Source of the DNA: Lentisphaerota bacterium
GTDB taxonomy: Bacteria; Verrucomicrobiota; Kiritimatiellia; JAAZAB01
Direction: 5' to 3'
DNA: 64,000 nucleotides
NCBI GenBank assembly: GCA_016188985.1
Contig: JACPGM010000053.1
Location: forward strand, 4,290 to 68,289
Made by a program: the position numbers and the translations under genes. Shown here piece by piece: positions 56,116 through 64,000 of this stretch (position 1 is its first letter; every line of letters begins with the position of its first letter). Below the pieces are notes generated by a model, which was not told the origin of the DNA, did no database searches, and saw only the letters and a program-made list of their open reading frames with translations.

Positions 56116-56334
56116 ATGACAGCACTATTGGAGCAAGTCTTTAAAAAGGCGTCTGCTCTTCCCGCGGACATTCAGGACATCTTGGCAGCCGAATTTCTCC
56201 AAGAAATCGAATGGGAATCACAGTGGGACGCCACTCTGAAAAAAACGCAGGATGCGTTAGGCAAACTGACGATGGCCGCAATGGCAGAACACAAAAATGG
56301 CAAGACCGAGGAAATGGGATTTGACGAATTGTGA
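56116..56334 (+). CDS. Type II antitoxin (small helical; partner of RelE/ParE-like toxin)
   Basis: 72 aa acidic protein, ATGA 4-nt overlap with the downstream toxin gene. Confidence 0.55.
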   Translation: MTALLEQVFKKASALPADIQDILAAEFLQEIEWESQWDATLKKTQDALGKLTMAAMAEHKNGKTEEMGFDEL

Positions 56335-56600
56335 AGTCTTGTCTTACCAAGGACTTCCGCATCTGTTTTGCTGAACTTCCGGATCGCGTCCAGCGCCTTG
56401 CGCGAGAGAACTACAGGCTATGGAAATGCAATCCCTATCATCCGAGTCTTTCTTTCAAACGGGTCGGCAGGCGATATCCGACATACTCCGTTAGAATCGG
56501 TCTTGGCTGGCGGGCACTTGGTTTCCGAGAGAATGACACACTCGTTTGGTTTTGGATCGGCTCTCATGCCGATTACGAGCGACGGATTCAAAAACTCTGA
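56331..56600 (+). CDS. RelE/ParE-superfamily toxin (HigB/RelE-like)
   Basis: 89 aa basic protein with a C-terminal Arg/His/Tyr-rich cluster typical of RelE/ParE-fold toxins. Confidence 0.55.
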   Translation: MKSCLTKDFRICFAELPDRVQRLARENYRLWKCNPYHPSLSFKRVGRRYPTYSVRIGLGWRALGFRENDTLVWFWIGSHADYERRIQKL

Positions 56601-56737
56601 GAATCATCGAACAAAGCGGCGGAAGCTATCGCCCCGCAAGGCGGGGCTCAGCCTCAACGCTGACGTCGGTTAACGATGTGCTGATGAAAAAGTTAAGGCA
56701 GTTGTAAAATTCAGGCATGGTTCAAAACCCCGTGGTT

Positions 56738-56776
56738 TCAGGTTCCGCCGGAGGCGGATCTGCCTCAGGCATGAAA
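56738..56776. repeat. Isolated ccgcc-N-ggcggatctgcc-N-ggcatga repeat core
   Basis: ccgccggaggcggatctgcctcaggcatgaaac, nearly identical to the core inside 9235..9347. Confidence 0.7.
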
Positions 56777-56924
56777 CAATTCTCGCATGGAGATGGAGGG
56801 CGGACCTCCGTGTCCGCCGCGGCGATGACGGAGCATCGCCCTCCATGACGCATGCAGTCCGATACCTTGAATTGAACCAAGCTAAAATTCATAACGGAAC
56901 AACCGATAGGCAAGGAGGTGTGAT

Positions 56925-57815
56925 ATGCCGATTACTGTGTTGATCGTGGTAGCTATATTCGTATTTCTGTTCGGGATCAGAATCGTCCGGCCGACGCATC
57001 GCGGACTGATTGAACGCTTGGGCCGCTACCGCAGATTTGCGAATCCGGGATTCCACTGGATTATTCCGGTAATAGACCGGATGTACCAGGTGAATATTAC
57101 CGAGCAGATGTTCGACGCGGAGCCGCAGGAGATCATCACCAATGACAACCTGAACGCCAAGGTTGACGCGCAAGTCTATTTCAAAGTCAGGGATGACGAG
57201 GAAAGCGTCAAGAGTTCGCAGTATAACGTGAACAATTACGCTTACCAGATTGTGAACCTGGCGCGGACCACGCTCAGGAACATCATTGGCACGCTCACCT
57301 TGAAATCGGCCAATAGCGAACGGGGTAGAATTAATGTTGAACTGCACAAGACGCTGAGCGAGGAAAGCGGACATTGGGGCATAGAGATCGTGAGGACCGA
57401 ACTGAAGGAGATTGATCCCCCGCGCGACGTGCAGGAGACAATGAATAAAGTTGTCAAAGCGGAGAATGAAAAGGTGGCGGCAATTGATTTTGCCACAGCC
57501 GCAGAGACGGTGGCTGACGGCGAAAGACGGGCGCAGATCAAGAAAGCGGAGGGCTTCAAGCAATCCAAGATTCTCGCCGCGCAAGGCGAGGCCGAGGCGA
57601 TCCGGCTCGTGAACGAAGCTGCCGAAAAATATTTTGTCGGCAACGCCCAGCTTCTCAGAAAACTGCAGGCGGTAGAAAATGCCCTGGAAGACAACGCCAA
57701 GATCGTAATTCCAGCAGGCACCGAGCTGGTCAATGTGATTGGGGAAATGGCCGGGGTGTTGCCGCTTAGTCGGGAAAAGGCAAAGCAAGCTTTAAGCAGC
57801 GGTTCACATGAATAA
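56925..57815 (+). CDS. SPFH/band-7 domain protein (stomatin/HflC-like)
   Basis: N-terminal TM then band-7 core (IVRPTHRGLIERLGRY...TNDNL...VDAQVYFKV), coiled-coil C-terminus. Confidence 0.88.
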   Translation: MPITVLIVVAIFVFLFGIRIVRPTHRGLIERLGRYRRFANPGFHWIIPVIDRMYQVNITEQMFDAEPQEIITNDNLNAKVDAQVYFKVRDDEESVKSSQYNVNNYAYQIVNLARTTLRNIIGTLTLKSANSERGRINVELHKTLSEESGHWGIEIVRTELKEIDPPRDVQETMNKVVKAENEKVAAIDFATAAETVADGERRAQIKKAEGFKQSKILAAQGEAEAIRLVNEAAEKYFVGNAQLLRKLQAVENALEDNAKIVIPAGTELVNVIGEMAGVLPLSREKAKQALSSGSHE

Positions 57816-58662
57816 TCCCTACCAGCAATTTGTGGCCGGCTATGCGCGCTTGGTGAGCGAACAGTACCCGATGGGTAAAGCCGGTCCCGGCCGGCGCGTG
57901 ATCATTGCGCGCGATGCTCCGCAAGTCCTGCTGTTTTCGCCGCATCCGGATGATGAATGCATTACCGGGGCCTTGCCCCTGCGGCTTGAGCGCGAACGCA
58001 AGATGAATGTGATTAATGTGGTCGTGACCCAGGGTAGCCGCCACGACCGGCAGGCCGAACGCCTGGCGGAATTGCGCCAGGCCTGTGATTACCTGGGCTT
58101 TGGCGTGCTGCCGACGGCCAAACATGGCCTGGAAAAAATCAACCCGGCCAACCGGGAGCAGAACCCCGCCGCCTGGGCCGAGGCCGTGGCCGTAATCGCC
58201 GGGATTTTACGGCAGAGGCAGCCGCGCCTGATTTTTGTGCCCCATGAAAAGGATTGGAACACCACGCACATCGGCACGCATTACCTGGTCAACGACGCGC
58301 TCAAAATCATGCCGATCAGTTTCTGTTGCGGCGTGGTCGAAACCGAATTCTGGGCGCCCATGCTCAATCCCAACCTCATGATCGAATCCAGCGTGGCCGA
58401 TGTGACCGACCTGGTCACGGCCCTCTCGTTCCATGTGGGCGAAGTCAGCCGTAACCCGTATCATTTGCGCCTGCCGGCCTGGCTGCAGGATAATGTCCGC
58501 CGGGGCGGCGAGCTGGTTGGCGGGCAGGGGACCGTGGCGCCAACCTTTGTCTTTGCCACGCTCTACCGCTTCCGAGTCTGGGCCCGCGGCAAATACAAGA
58601 AGGCGGCCGCACCGGGCAAATTCATTTCATGCAACGATAGGCTGGGGGATATCTTCGGCTAA
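57808..58662 (+). CDS. PIG-L family deacetylase (LmbE-like)
   Basis: PHPDDE motif (SPHPDDECITGA); 284 aa; 8-nt overlap with the SPFH gene. Confidence 0.85.
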   Translation: MNNPYQQFVAGYARLVSEQYPMGKAGPGRRVIIARDAPQVLLFSPHPDDECITGALPLRLERERKMNVINVVVTQGSRHDRQAERLAELRQACDYLGFGVLPTAKHGLEKINPANREQNPAAWAEAVAVIAGILRQRQPRLIFVPHEKDWNTTHIGTHYLVNDALKIMPISFCCGVVETEFWAPMLNPNLMIESSVADVTDLVTALSFHVGEVSRNPYHLRLPAWLQDNVRRGGELVGGQGTVAPTFVFATLYRFRVWARGKYKKAAAPGKFISCNDRLGDIFG

Positions 58663-58939
58663 GTGCTCAGATTCGTAAATATTATGACGAATGATTGTGT
58701 CCATTTTTGCGCAGGGCCAGGCGGCGAAAGCGGAGGCGTACCTGAAAGGTCCGTGCGGCTTTCGCCAACGCCGCCCGGCCCAAAAATGGGCCCAACCCGC
58801 TTGGGCGCAACCTCTTTTGCCGTTGCGCCGTGTTCCACGCGAAGGGAAAATACCTTCCAGGTATTCCACCTTCGCGTGCGCCTTGCGCAATCGGCAAAAT
58901 AGGTTGCGTCATTGTCATAATATTTATGAAACTGAGCAC
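58663..58939. mobile_element. MITE-like repeat family G copy 2 with terminal inverted repeats
   Basis: Ends gtgctcagattcgtaaatattatgac ... gtcataatatttatgaaactgagcac form ~26-bp TIRs; ~277 bp; no transposase. Confidence 0.7.
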
Positions 58940-58949
58940 CAAGCAACGC

Positions 58950-59564
58950 TCACGGCTCGTCGGCCAGCGTCAAAGGACGATACAGCCGGTCGTTGATTTC
59001 TTCCAGATCGCTGAAACTGTCCCCATCCGAATCTTTCCGCAGCGGATTGGTCTTCCAGGTGGCAAGCTCCTGGTAATCGCCTACGCCATCGCCATCCGCA
59101 TCCGGCATCACGTTCACCAGCACCTTCAGTTCGCCGCTCACGCCCAGCGGCAGCGAAAAATTGTTGCGGAACTTCAGCTCGCCGGATCGGCCGGCCACCA
59201 CGTTGGTAGCCTGGCCAATGAAATAGACCATATTGGTTTGGTCGCCCAGCCGCATCAGGAGCCCGTAGGCCGGCGCGGCGACCCCCAAGTGGGTTTTGAG
59301 TATGTCCGGGTTGCCGTCAGCGGTGAATTTGGCAAAGGCGTCGCTCCAGTTGCCGGCGGCGTCACAGTGAATAACGTCGCCCTGCCGGGCAAAAATCCCG
59401 CTGGCTTGCCAGAGCTCATTGGCCTGGATGGTGAGCAGGTGGTCTGGCGGTCGGTCCGGATTTGCTTGCGGCGTAGCGCACCCGGCGATGGCCAGCGCCA
59501 GCAGGAGGCAGAAGCAGATTTCCTCTCCCTGGGGAGCAATTTTGTTTTTTAATTCTGGACGCAT
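58950..59564 (-). CDS. Lipoprotein with thrombospondin type-3-like Ca-binding repeats
   Basis: Lipobox LAIAGC; C-terminal DADGDGVGDYQE / DSDGDSFSD Asp-rich repeats. Confidence 0.55.
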   Translation of the reverse strand: MRPELKNKIAPQGEEICFCLLLALAIAGCATPQANPDRPPDHLLTIQANELWQASGIFARQGDVIHCDAAGNWSDAFAKFTADGNPDILKTHLGVAAPAYGLLMRLGDQTNMVYFIGQATNVVAGRSGELKFRNNFSLPLGVSGELKVLVNVMPDADGDGVGDYQELATWKTNPLRKDSDGDSFSDLEEINDRLYRPLTLADEP

Positions 59565-59690
59565 GTTTATCCAGCAGGAGGTATAAACAGATTCCCTCTC
59601 CTTGGGGAGAGGGCAGGGTGATGGGAATTATCCATTCAGGGGTATCTCCTTGACTGGACTACACCCCATATGTTGTGGTGCACGGCCGCT

Positions 59691-59774
59691 GTCATTCCGA
59701 GCGGAGCGAAGCGGAGTCGAGGAATCTCAAGGGTTGTTAATGCGCATGAGATCCCTCGACAAGCTCGGGATGAC
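59691..59774. repeat. Repeat family H-like copy (gtcattccgagc ... gctcgggatgac TIR hairpin)
   Basis: gtcattccgagcggagcgaagcggagtcgaggaatctc...gagatccctcgacaagctcgggatgac. Confidence 0.6.
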
Positions 59775-59787
59775 GCCTTATTATCCA

Positions 59788-60864
59788 TTACCCGTTCTTC
59801 CGCTCAAATTCCTTCATAAAGGCTGCCAGCGTTTGCACGCCTTCCAGGGGGAAGGCGTTGTAAATTGAAGCCCGAATGCCGCTTACCGAGCGGTGCCCTT
59901 TCAGGCCTTTCAGGCCTGCTTTGGACGCTTCCTTGACGAAGGTTTCTTCGAGAGCTTCACTGGGCAACCGGAAGGTGATGTTCATATCGGAGCGGCATTC
60001 CGGCCGGGCGGTCCCCTTGTAAAAGCCGCCGCCATCCAGCAGCGCATAGATCAGCGCCGCCTTTTCCCGGTTCTGGCGATGCAGAGTGCTCAGACCTTTT
60101 TTAAGGATCCAACGCGAGACCAGCATCATGAGGTAAATGCTGAAACAAGGCGGCGTGTTGTAAAGCGAATTTTCCTCAATAAAGGTTTGGTAGCGCAGGA
60201 TGGCCGGCAGAGAGGCCGGCGCGCGTTCCGCCAAATCCTTACGAATAACGACCAGGGCAATGCCCGAGGGCCCCAGGTTCTTTTGCGCGCCGGCATAGAT
60301 CAGGCCGAATTGGTTGAGGTCGAAAGGGCGCGAGAGAATATCCGATGACATGTCCGCCACCAGCGGGGCGTCGGTCAAGGGAAATGTCTTCCACTGCGCG
60401 CCGGAAATCGTTTCGTTCGAGGTAAGATGCACGTAGGCCGCGCCCGGAGTCAGCTTGAGTTCGTTCAAGGCCGGGACGCGTGTGGGGATTTCCTGGCTGC
60501 AATCAGCGGCCACATGCACTTTGCCGATATGAGCGGCTTCCTTGAGCGCTTTGCTGGCCCAGGCGCCGGAATTGATGTAGTCGGCTACCTGGCCGGGGCC
60601 CAGCAAATTCAACGGCGCCATGGCGAACTGCATACTGGCCCCGCCGGCCACGAAGAGGACGGCATAGTCGTCAGAACAACCCAGCAACTGCCGGTAGTTA
60701 GCCACGGCCTCGGTATGGACCTGGTCGTATTCCTTCCCGCGGTGCGAGCTTTCCAGGATGGACATGCCGGAGCCTTTAAAATCCAGCAATTCGCTTTGGG
60801 CTTCCTGCAACACTTCCAGGGGCAATACCGCCGGCCCCGCATTGAAATTATATACGCGCGCCAT
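59788..60864 (-). CDS. serC: Phosphoserine aminotransferase
   Basis: 358 aa; N-terminus MARVYNFNAGPAVLP and the PLP-lysine region are typical of SerC. Confidence 0.92.
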   Translation of the reverse strand: MARVYNFNAGPAVLPLEVLQEAQSELLDFKGSGMSILESSHRGKEYDQVHTEAVANYRQLLGCSDDYAVLFVAGGASMQFAMAPLNLLGPGQVADYINSGAWASKALKEAAHIGKVHVAADCSQEIPTRVPALNELKLTPGAAYVHLTSNETISGAQWKTFPLTDAPLVADMSSDILSRPFDLNQFGLIYAGAQKNLGPSGIALVVIRKDLAERAPASLPAILRYQTFIEENSLYNTPPCFSIYLMMLVSRWILKKGLSTLHRQNREKAALIYALLDGGGFYKGTARPECRSDMNITFRLPSEALEETFVKEASKAGLKGLKGHRSVSGIRASIYNAFPLEGVQTLAAFMKEFERKNG

Positions 60865-60966
60865 GGTATCTCCTTTCGTTGGAATTGGTGAGGCAAGAAT
60901 ATATCGGGTTGCCGCGCCGCCATCCAGTTTTTTGTGGCCTAAAGAGTAATGGGTCAGTTATGAGGT

Positions 60967-61043
60967 GGTCGCGCAAAGGTAGGGACGGCTCGCCGAGCCG
61001 TCCGCGGCGCGTTCGGCGAACGCGCCCTACCTCTTGCCCCCAC
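60967..61043. repeat. Repeat family E copy 2 (inverted)
   Basis: ggtcgcgcaaaggtagggacggctcgccgagccgtccgcggcgcgttcggcgaacgcgccctacctcttgccc is the reverse complement of copy 1 with few changes. Confidence 0.75.
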
Positions 61044-61074
61044 AAGACTGAGGCCATACCCTAAAGATATTTGC

Positions 61075-62439
61075 TCAACCCGGCCGCACACACGGTTGCG
61101 GAGAGGCAACCCAACCGGCCGGCCTCTGATTTGCCCCGTCACGACCCAAATCACCCAGGTCCGCTCGGGCACGCCCGGCAAGCGCCAGCAATCTTGCGAC
61201 AACCTCAGGATATTGGGCGGATACTTCGCGCGTTTCCGAAATATCGTCCCGCAAGTTATACAGTTCGGCGGCGGCGCCGGAGCAGCCTTTTGTCTCGGCT
61301 TGCAGATTGCGCAGCTTCCGATCGAGCGCAAGATAGAGCTTCCATGGACCGGAGCGCACGGCCTGCAACTGGTGCATGTAATAATAAAAAAAACCGCAAT
61401 CGTCATACGGCGATGCCACAACCGTGTTTCCCTGGAGAATCGGTCTGATATCGTGGCCGTCAATAATACGGTCCGCGGGAGTATCCGCTCCGGCCAGGCG
61501 GGCAACCGTCGGCAATACATCCATCATGGTTACGATTCGGTCGTCAATGACGTTGGCGGGAACACGGCCGGGCCAACGCGCAATGCACGGCACGCGCTGG
61601 CCGCCTTCGGACGTGTCATAGCCCCACCCGCGCAAAGGCGCGTTGCTGCCTTGCGGGGGATCCCAGCGGACGGCGCCGTTATCCGAGGTCCACAAGACGA
61701 GCGTTTTTTCGTCGAGATCGAGTTCCGCCAGAGTTTGCATGATCTGGCCGCACGACCAGTCAAGTTCCTCCACGGCGTCGCCGTAGGGGCCGTTGGCGGA
61801 CCGCCCCTGAAAAGCGGGAGAGGCGAAAGGCCGCTCCGTGCTGCCCGGCATGGCCTGCGCCAAATAAAGGAAGAAGGGACGGTCGGCGTTCTCCCGTATG
61901 AAGCTGATGGCTTCCTCAGTGTAGCGCCTGGTAAGCGTGTCGCGCTCGGCCGGCGCCTCGACCACCTTTTCGCCGCGCATCAGGGGCAGCGGCGGCCGGT
62001 CCGGTGCAAACGCGGTGGGAACCATGTCCTCGCTGTAGGGACAACCGAAAAACCGATCGAAACCATGGCGCGTCGGCAGAAACGGAAGTTGGTCGCCGAG
62101 ATGCCACTTGCCGATGCACGCCGTGGCGTAACCCTTGGCCTTCAACAGCCGCGCCAGGGTAATCTCGCCTGGATTCAGGCCCTTCGGATCAATGGGCATG
62201 AGCACGGCCTGGCCGCGCCCGGCAACGTGCATATTGATGCGCCGCGGGTAACATCCGGTCATCAGACTCGCGCGGGAGGGCGTGCACACGCCGCTCGTGC
62301 TGTAAAAACTGGTGAAGCGCAGGCCTTGCCGGGCCAGGCCATCAACCTGCGGCGTGCGGTGCTGCCGCGATCCATAGCATCCCAGGTCTCCATAACCCAG
62401 GTTGTCCATCAACATTATAATGACATTGGGTTGATTCAT
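61075..62439 (-). CDS. Sulfatase (arylsulfatase family)
   Basis: VIIMLMDNLGYGDLGCYG ... CTPSRASLMTG (C-x-P-x-R). Confidence 0.9.
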   Translation of the reverse strand: MNQPNVIIMLMDNLGYGDLGCYGSRQHRTPQVDGLARQGLRFTSFYSTSGVCTPSRASLMTGCYPRRINMHVAGRGQAVLMPIDPKGLNPGEITLARLLKAKGYATACIGKWHLGDQLPFLPTRHGFDRFFGCPYSEDMVPTAFAPDRPPLPLMRGEKVVEAPAERDTLTRRYTEEAISFIRENADRPFFLYLAQAMPGSTERPFASPAFQGRSANGPYGDAVEELDWSCGQIMQTLAELDLDEKTLVLWTSDNGAVRWDPPQGSNAPLRGWGYDTSEGGQRVPCIARWPGRVPANVIDDRIVTMMDVLPTVARLAGADTPADRIIDGHDIRPILQGNTVVASPYDDCGFFYYYMHQLQAVRSGPWKLYLALDRKLRNLQAETKGCSGAAAELYNLRDDISETREVSAQYPEVVARLLALAGRARADLGDLGRDGANQRPAGWVASPQPCVRPG

Positions 62440-62966
62440 GTTCTCCTGACGGCAGGTTCGTGCGTCTTTTTTAGCATTTCGTTTTTTTCCCAGGGGAAGA
62501 CCAGCCAGATATTGGCGGCGGCCGCGCGGGCGTAAAAGTCTGGCGGGCCGCCGCGGCCACGTTTGTAATAGAGCGTGGCGGTCTTCAGGGTGCGTGGTTT
62601 CCGGCGCTTGAGCCGCCGGACTATTTCTTGCAAAGTCTGGCCGGAGTCGTGGACGTCGTCAACCAGCAACACGTTCTTGTGGTTTAGGGAATACCGGAAA
62701 GGTTCGATCTGCACGCGGGCAAGTTGGCGAACGCCCTCTTGCCGGGGCGTAGCGCTTCCGCCTTCGCGGAGCCTGGCATAGGCCTTGGCGCGCAGGGGAT
62801 AGATGTTAATTGCGCCGAAAAAATCGGCGAGCAGCCGCGCCGGCACCAACCCGCCCTGTAGGACCGCCACGACACAATCCGGTTGGAACCGCGCGGCGCG
62901 AACCGCCCGAGCTACCTTGGCCACACAGGCTTCAATTTCGCGCCAGGAGATGTTCCGGTATTTCAT
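62436..62966 (-). CDS. Phosphoribosyltransferase domain protein
   Basis: PRPP-binding motif VLLVDDVHDSGQT; 176 aa; 4-nt overlap with the sulfatase gene. Confidence 0.75.
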   Translation of the reverse strand: MKYRNISWREIEACVAKVARAVRAARFQPDCVVAVLQGGLVPARLLADFFGAINIYPLRAKAYARLREGGSATPRQEGVRQLARVQIEPFRYSLNHKNVLLVDDVHDSGQTLQEIVRRLKRRKPRTLKTATLYYKRGRGGPPDFYARAAAANIWLVFPWEKNEMLKKTHEPAVRRT

Positions 62967-63029
62967 AGCGGGTTTTTATCCAACGTGGGCTCCGCCCGCA
63001 ACCCAAATAAAACAATAAAACAAACCTTA

Positions 63030-63198
63030 CCACGGAGACACGGAGAGAAAAATTCTCCTCCCAGGTTCTCTTCCAACCAATCGGTGCGCGCATCCCGAGG
63101 CGCGCTTACGCGCGCTCGGGATGCGCGCACCGCTCCTGTGGGGAGCCGGAAGAGATTAAGAAGACGGAGTCATTCTCCGTCCCTCCGTGCCTCCGTGG
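63030..63198. repeat. Inverted-repeat-bounded element containing a ~47-bp near-perfect palindrome
   Basis: ccacggagacacggagag ... ctccgtgcctccgtgg inverted ends; internal gtgcgcgcatcccgaggcgcgcttacgcgcgctcgggatgcgcgcac palindrome (1 indel). Confidence 0.6.
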
Positions 63199-63438
63199 TG
63201 AATCCTCTCTTGCTTTACATCTTCTTGTTTTTTACCGCGGTTCCTGATGTATCAGGCTCTAAAGTAGTGCGATGTCCGCAACCGAAAAATTTTCGCCATG
63301 CGCGGATCCGCACAGGCGGACCCCCGCGCAGCGCGGGATGACAGGGATGACCTGGGATACGAATGGTCAAGGCATTGACAATTGTCCGGCGACCGTCAAC
63401 AATCAGTGCTATCAGTGCCATCCGTGGCAGGTAATTAC

Positions 63439-64000
63439 ATGATTTTAATGATCAGCATGCTGAACCGTAAGAGCTACGACCAGCGGGATGGCCCCGCCAA
63501 GCTTAAATGCCGGCTGGAACGCCTGAGCGGTCGGCCGGTTCGGATAATGCATTATGCCGCGGCCAACCCTGCCTCGGTCAAGGCCGCGGAACCTAAAGCC
63601 ATCTTTATCACCGGCTCGCCGGATCCTTGGCCGAGCGTGCGCGTGAAAGATTTATATGGGCTGGACGACCTGTTGCATTCCACCACTATACCAGTCCTGG
63701 CCGTTTGCCAGGGCCACCAGTTGATCGGCCACTGTTTCAATCGGGATTTAAGAAAAGCGCGCCTCTTGCCGGATGAGCCCATGCGCCGCCTGCGGCCGGG
63801 TGAGCCGGATACCGGCGCGGTTTATGGGCATCAGGGCTATTACTATGCCGAGACCTTCGTCGAGGTAAAGATTTTGCGCCGGGACCCGATCCTGGCGGGA
63901 TTACCGCGGCGCACTGTGGTCCGCGCCGATCATTGGTGTGAGATCAAGAAGCTGCCGCCGGGCTTTATCCATCTGGCCCGGAGCGCCGAGTGCAAGTGTG
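63439..64000 (+). CDS. Class-I glutamine amidotransferase-like protein (3' end outside window)
   Basis: Open frame with no stop to the window end (not in the supplied ORF track); LAVCQGHQL nucleophile-elbow motif; start codon choice (63439 or 63448) uncertain. Confidence 0.5.
   Translation, partial: MILMISMLNRKSYDQRDGPAKLKCRLERLSGRPVRIMHYAAANPASVKAAEPKAIFITGSPDPWPSVRVKDLYGLDDLLHSTTIPVLAVCQGHQLIGHCFNRDLRKARLLPDEPMRRLRPGEPDTGAVYGHQGYYYAETFVEVKILRRDPILAGLPRRTVVRADHWCEIKKLPPGFIHLARSAECKC

Overview
This is a high-GC (roughly 60%, judged by eye) bacterial chromosomal segment, densely coded on both strands, with about 59 protein genes and one tRNA-Leu(CAA). Gene content suggests a PVC-type lineage, for example Verrucomicrobia or a relative: two sulfatases, glycoside hydrolases, prepilin-type pseudopilins with PilX-like partners, a four-helix-bundle 'rRNA IVS' protein, Gfo/Idh/MocA, and uroporphyrinogen decarboxylase (URO-D)-like paralogs. 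That assignment is an inference only.

The conserved backbone comprises: an oligopeptide-type ABC transporter (2 permeases and 2 ATPases), leuS, ilvD, hisS, aspS, accA, accD, folC, serC, rnc-xerD, mscL, comF, an HU/IHF family gene, two type II toxin-antitoxin (TA) pairs, an SPFH protein and a PIG-L deacetylase.

Two apparently lower-GC accessory islands stand out.
- Island 1 (about 30.1-36.1 kb, between hisS and aspS) carries a vapBC-like TA pair, an AlbA_2/Schlafen-core ATPase regulator, a PD-(D/E)xK plus DUF2075 ATPase, and an orphan abiEi with a truncated abiEii remnant. The AlbA_2 gene and the DUF2075 gene together resemble a split Schlafen group III architecture. The AlbA_2 gene also contains a perfect 14-bp x3 tandem repeat in its coding region.
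- Island 2 (about 48.8-51.7 kb) is a DUF4145 protein / Dam-like methyltransferase / C-protein / putative PD-(D/E)xK restriction endonuclease cassette. It is inserted into the normally contiguous accD-folC junction.

The window is unusually rich in small intergenic repeat families of the MITE/REP type, present as 2-4 copies each. One copy is flanked by a 15-bp duplication in the ilvD leader, and one family is TIR-bounded and carries a conserved small ORF. There are also heptamer microsatellites, and a tRNA-Leu followed by a degenerate duplicate of its 3' half that is interrupted by a repeat core.

No rRNA or CRISPR array is seen. Many long antisense ORFs in the track are GC-driven shadow ORFs and were rejected.
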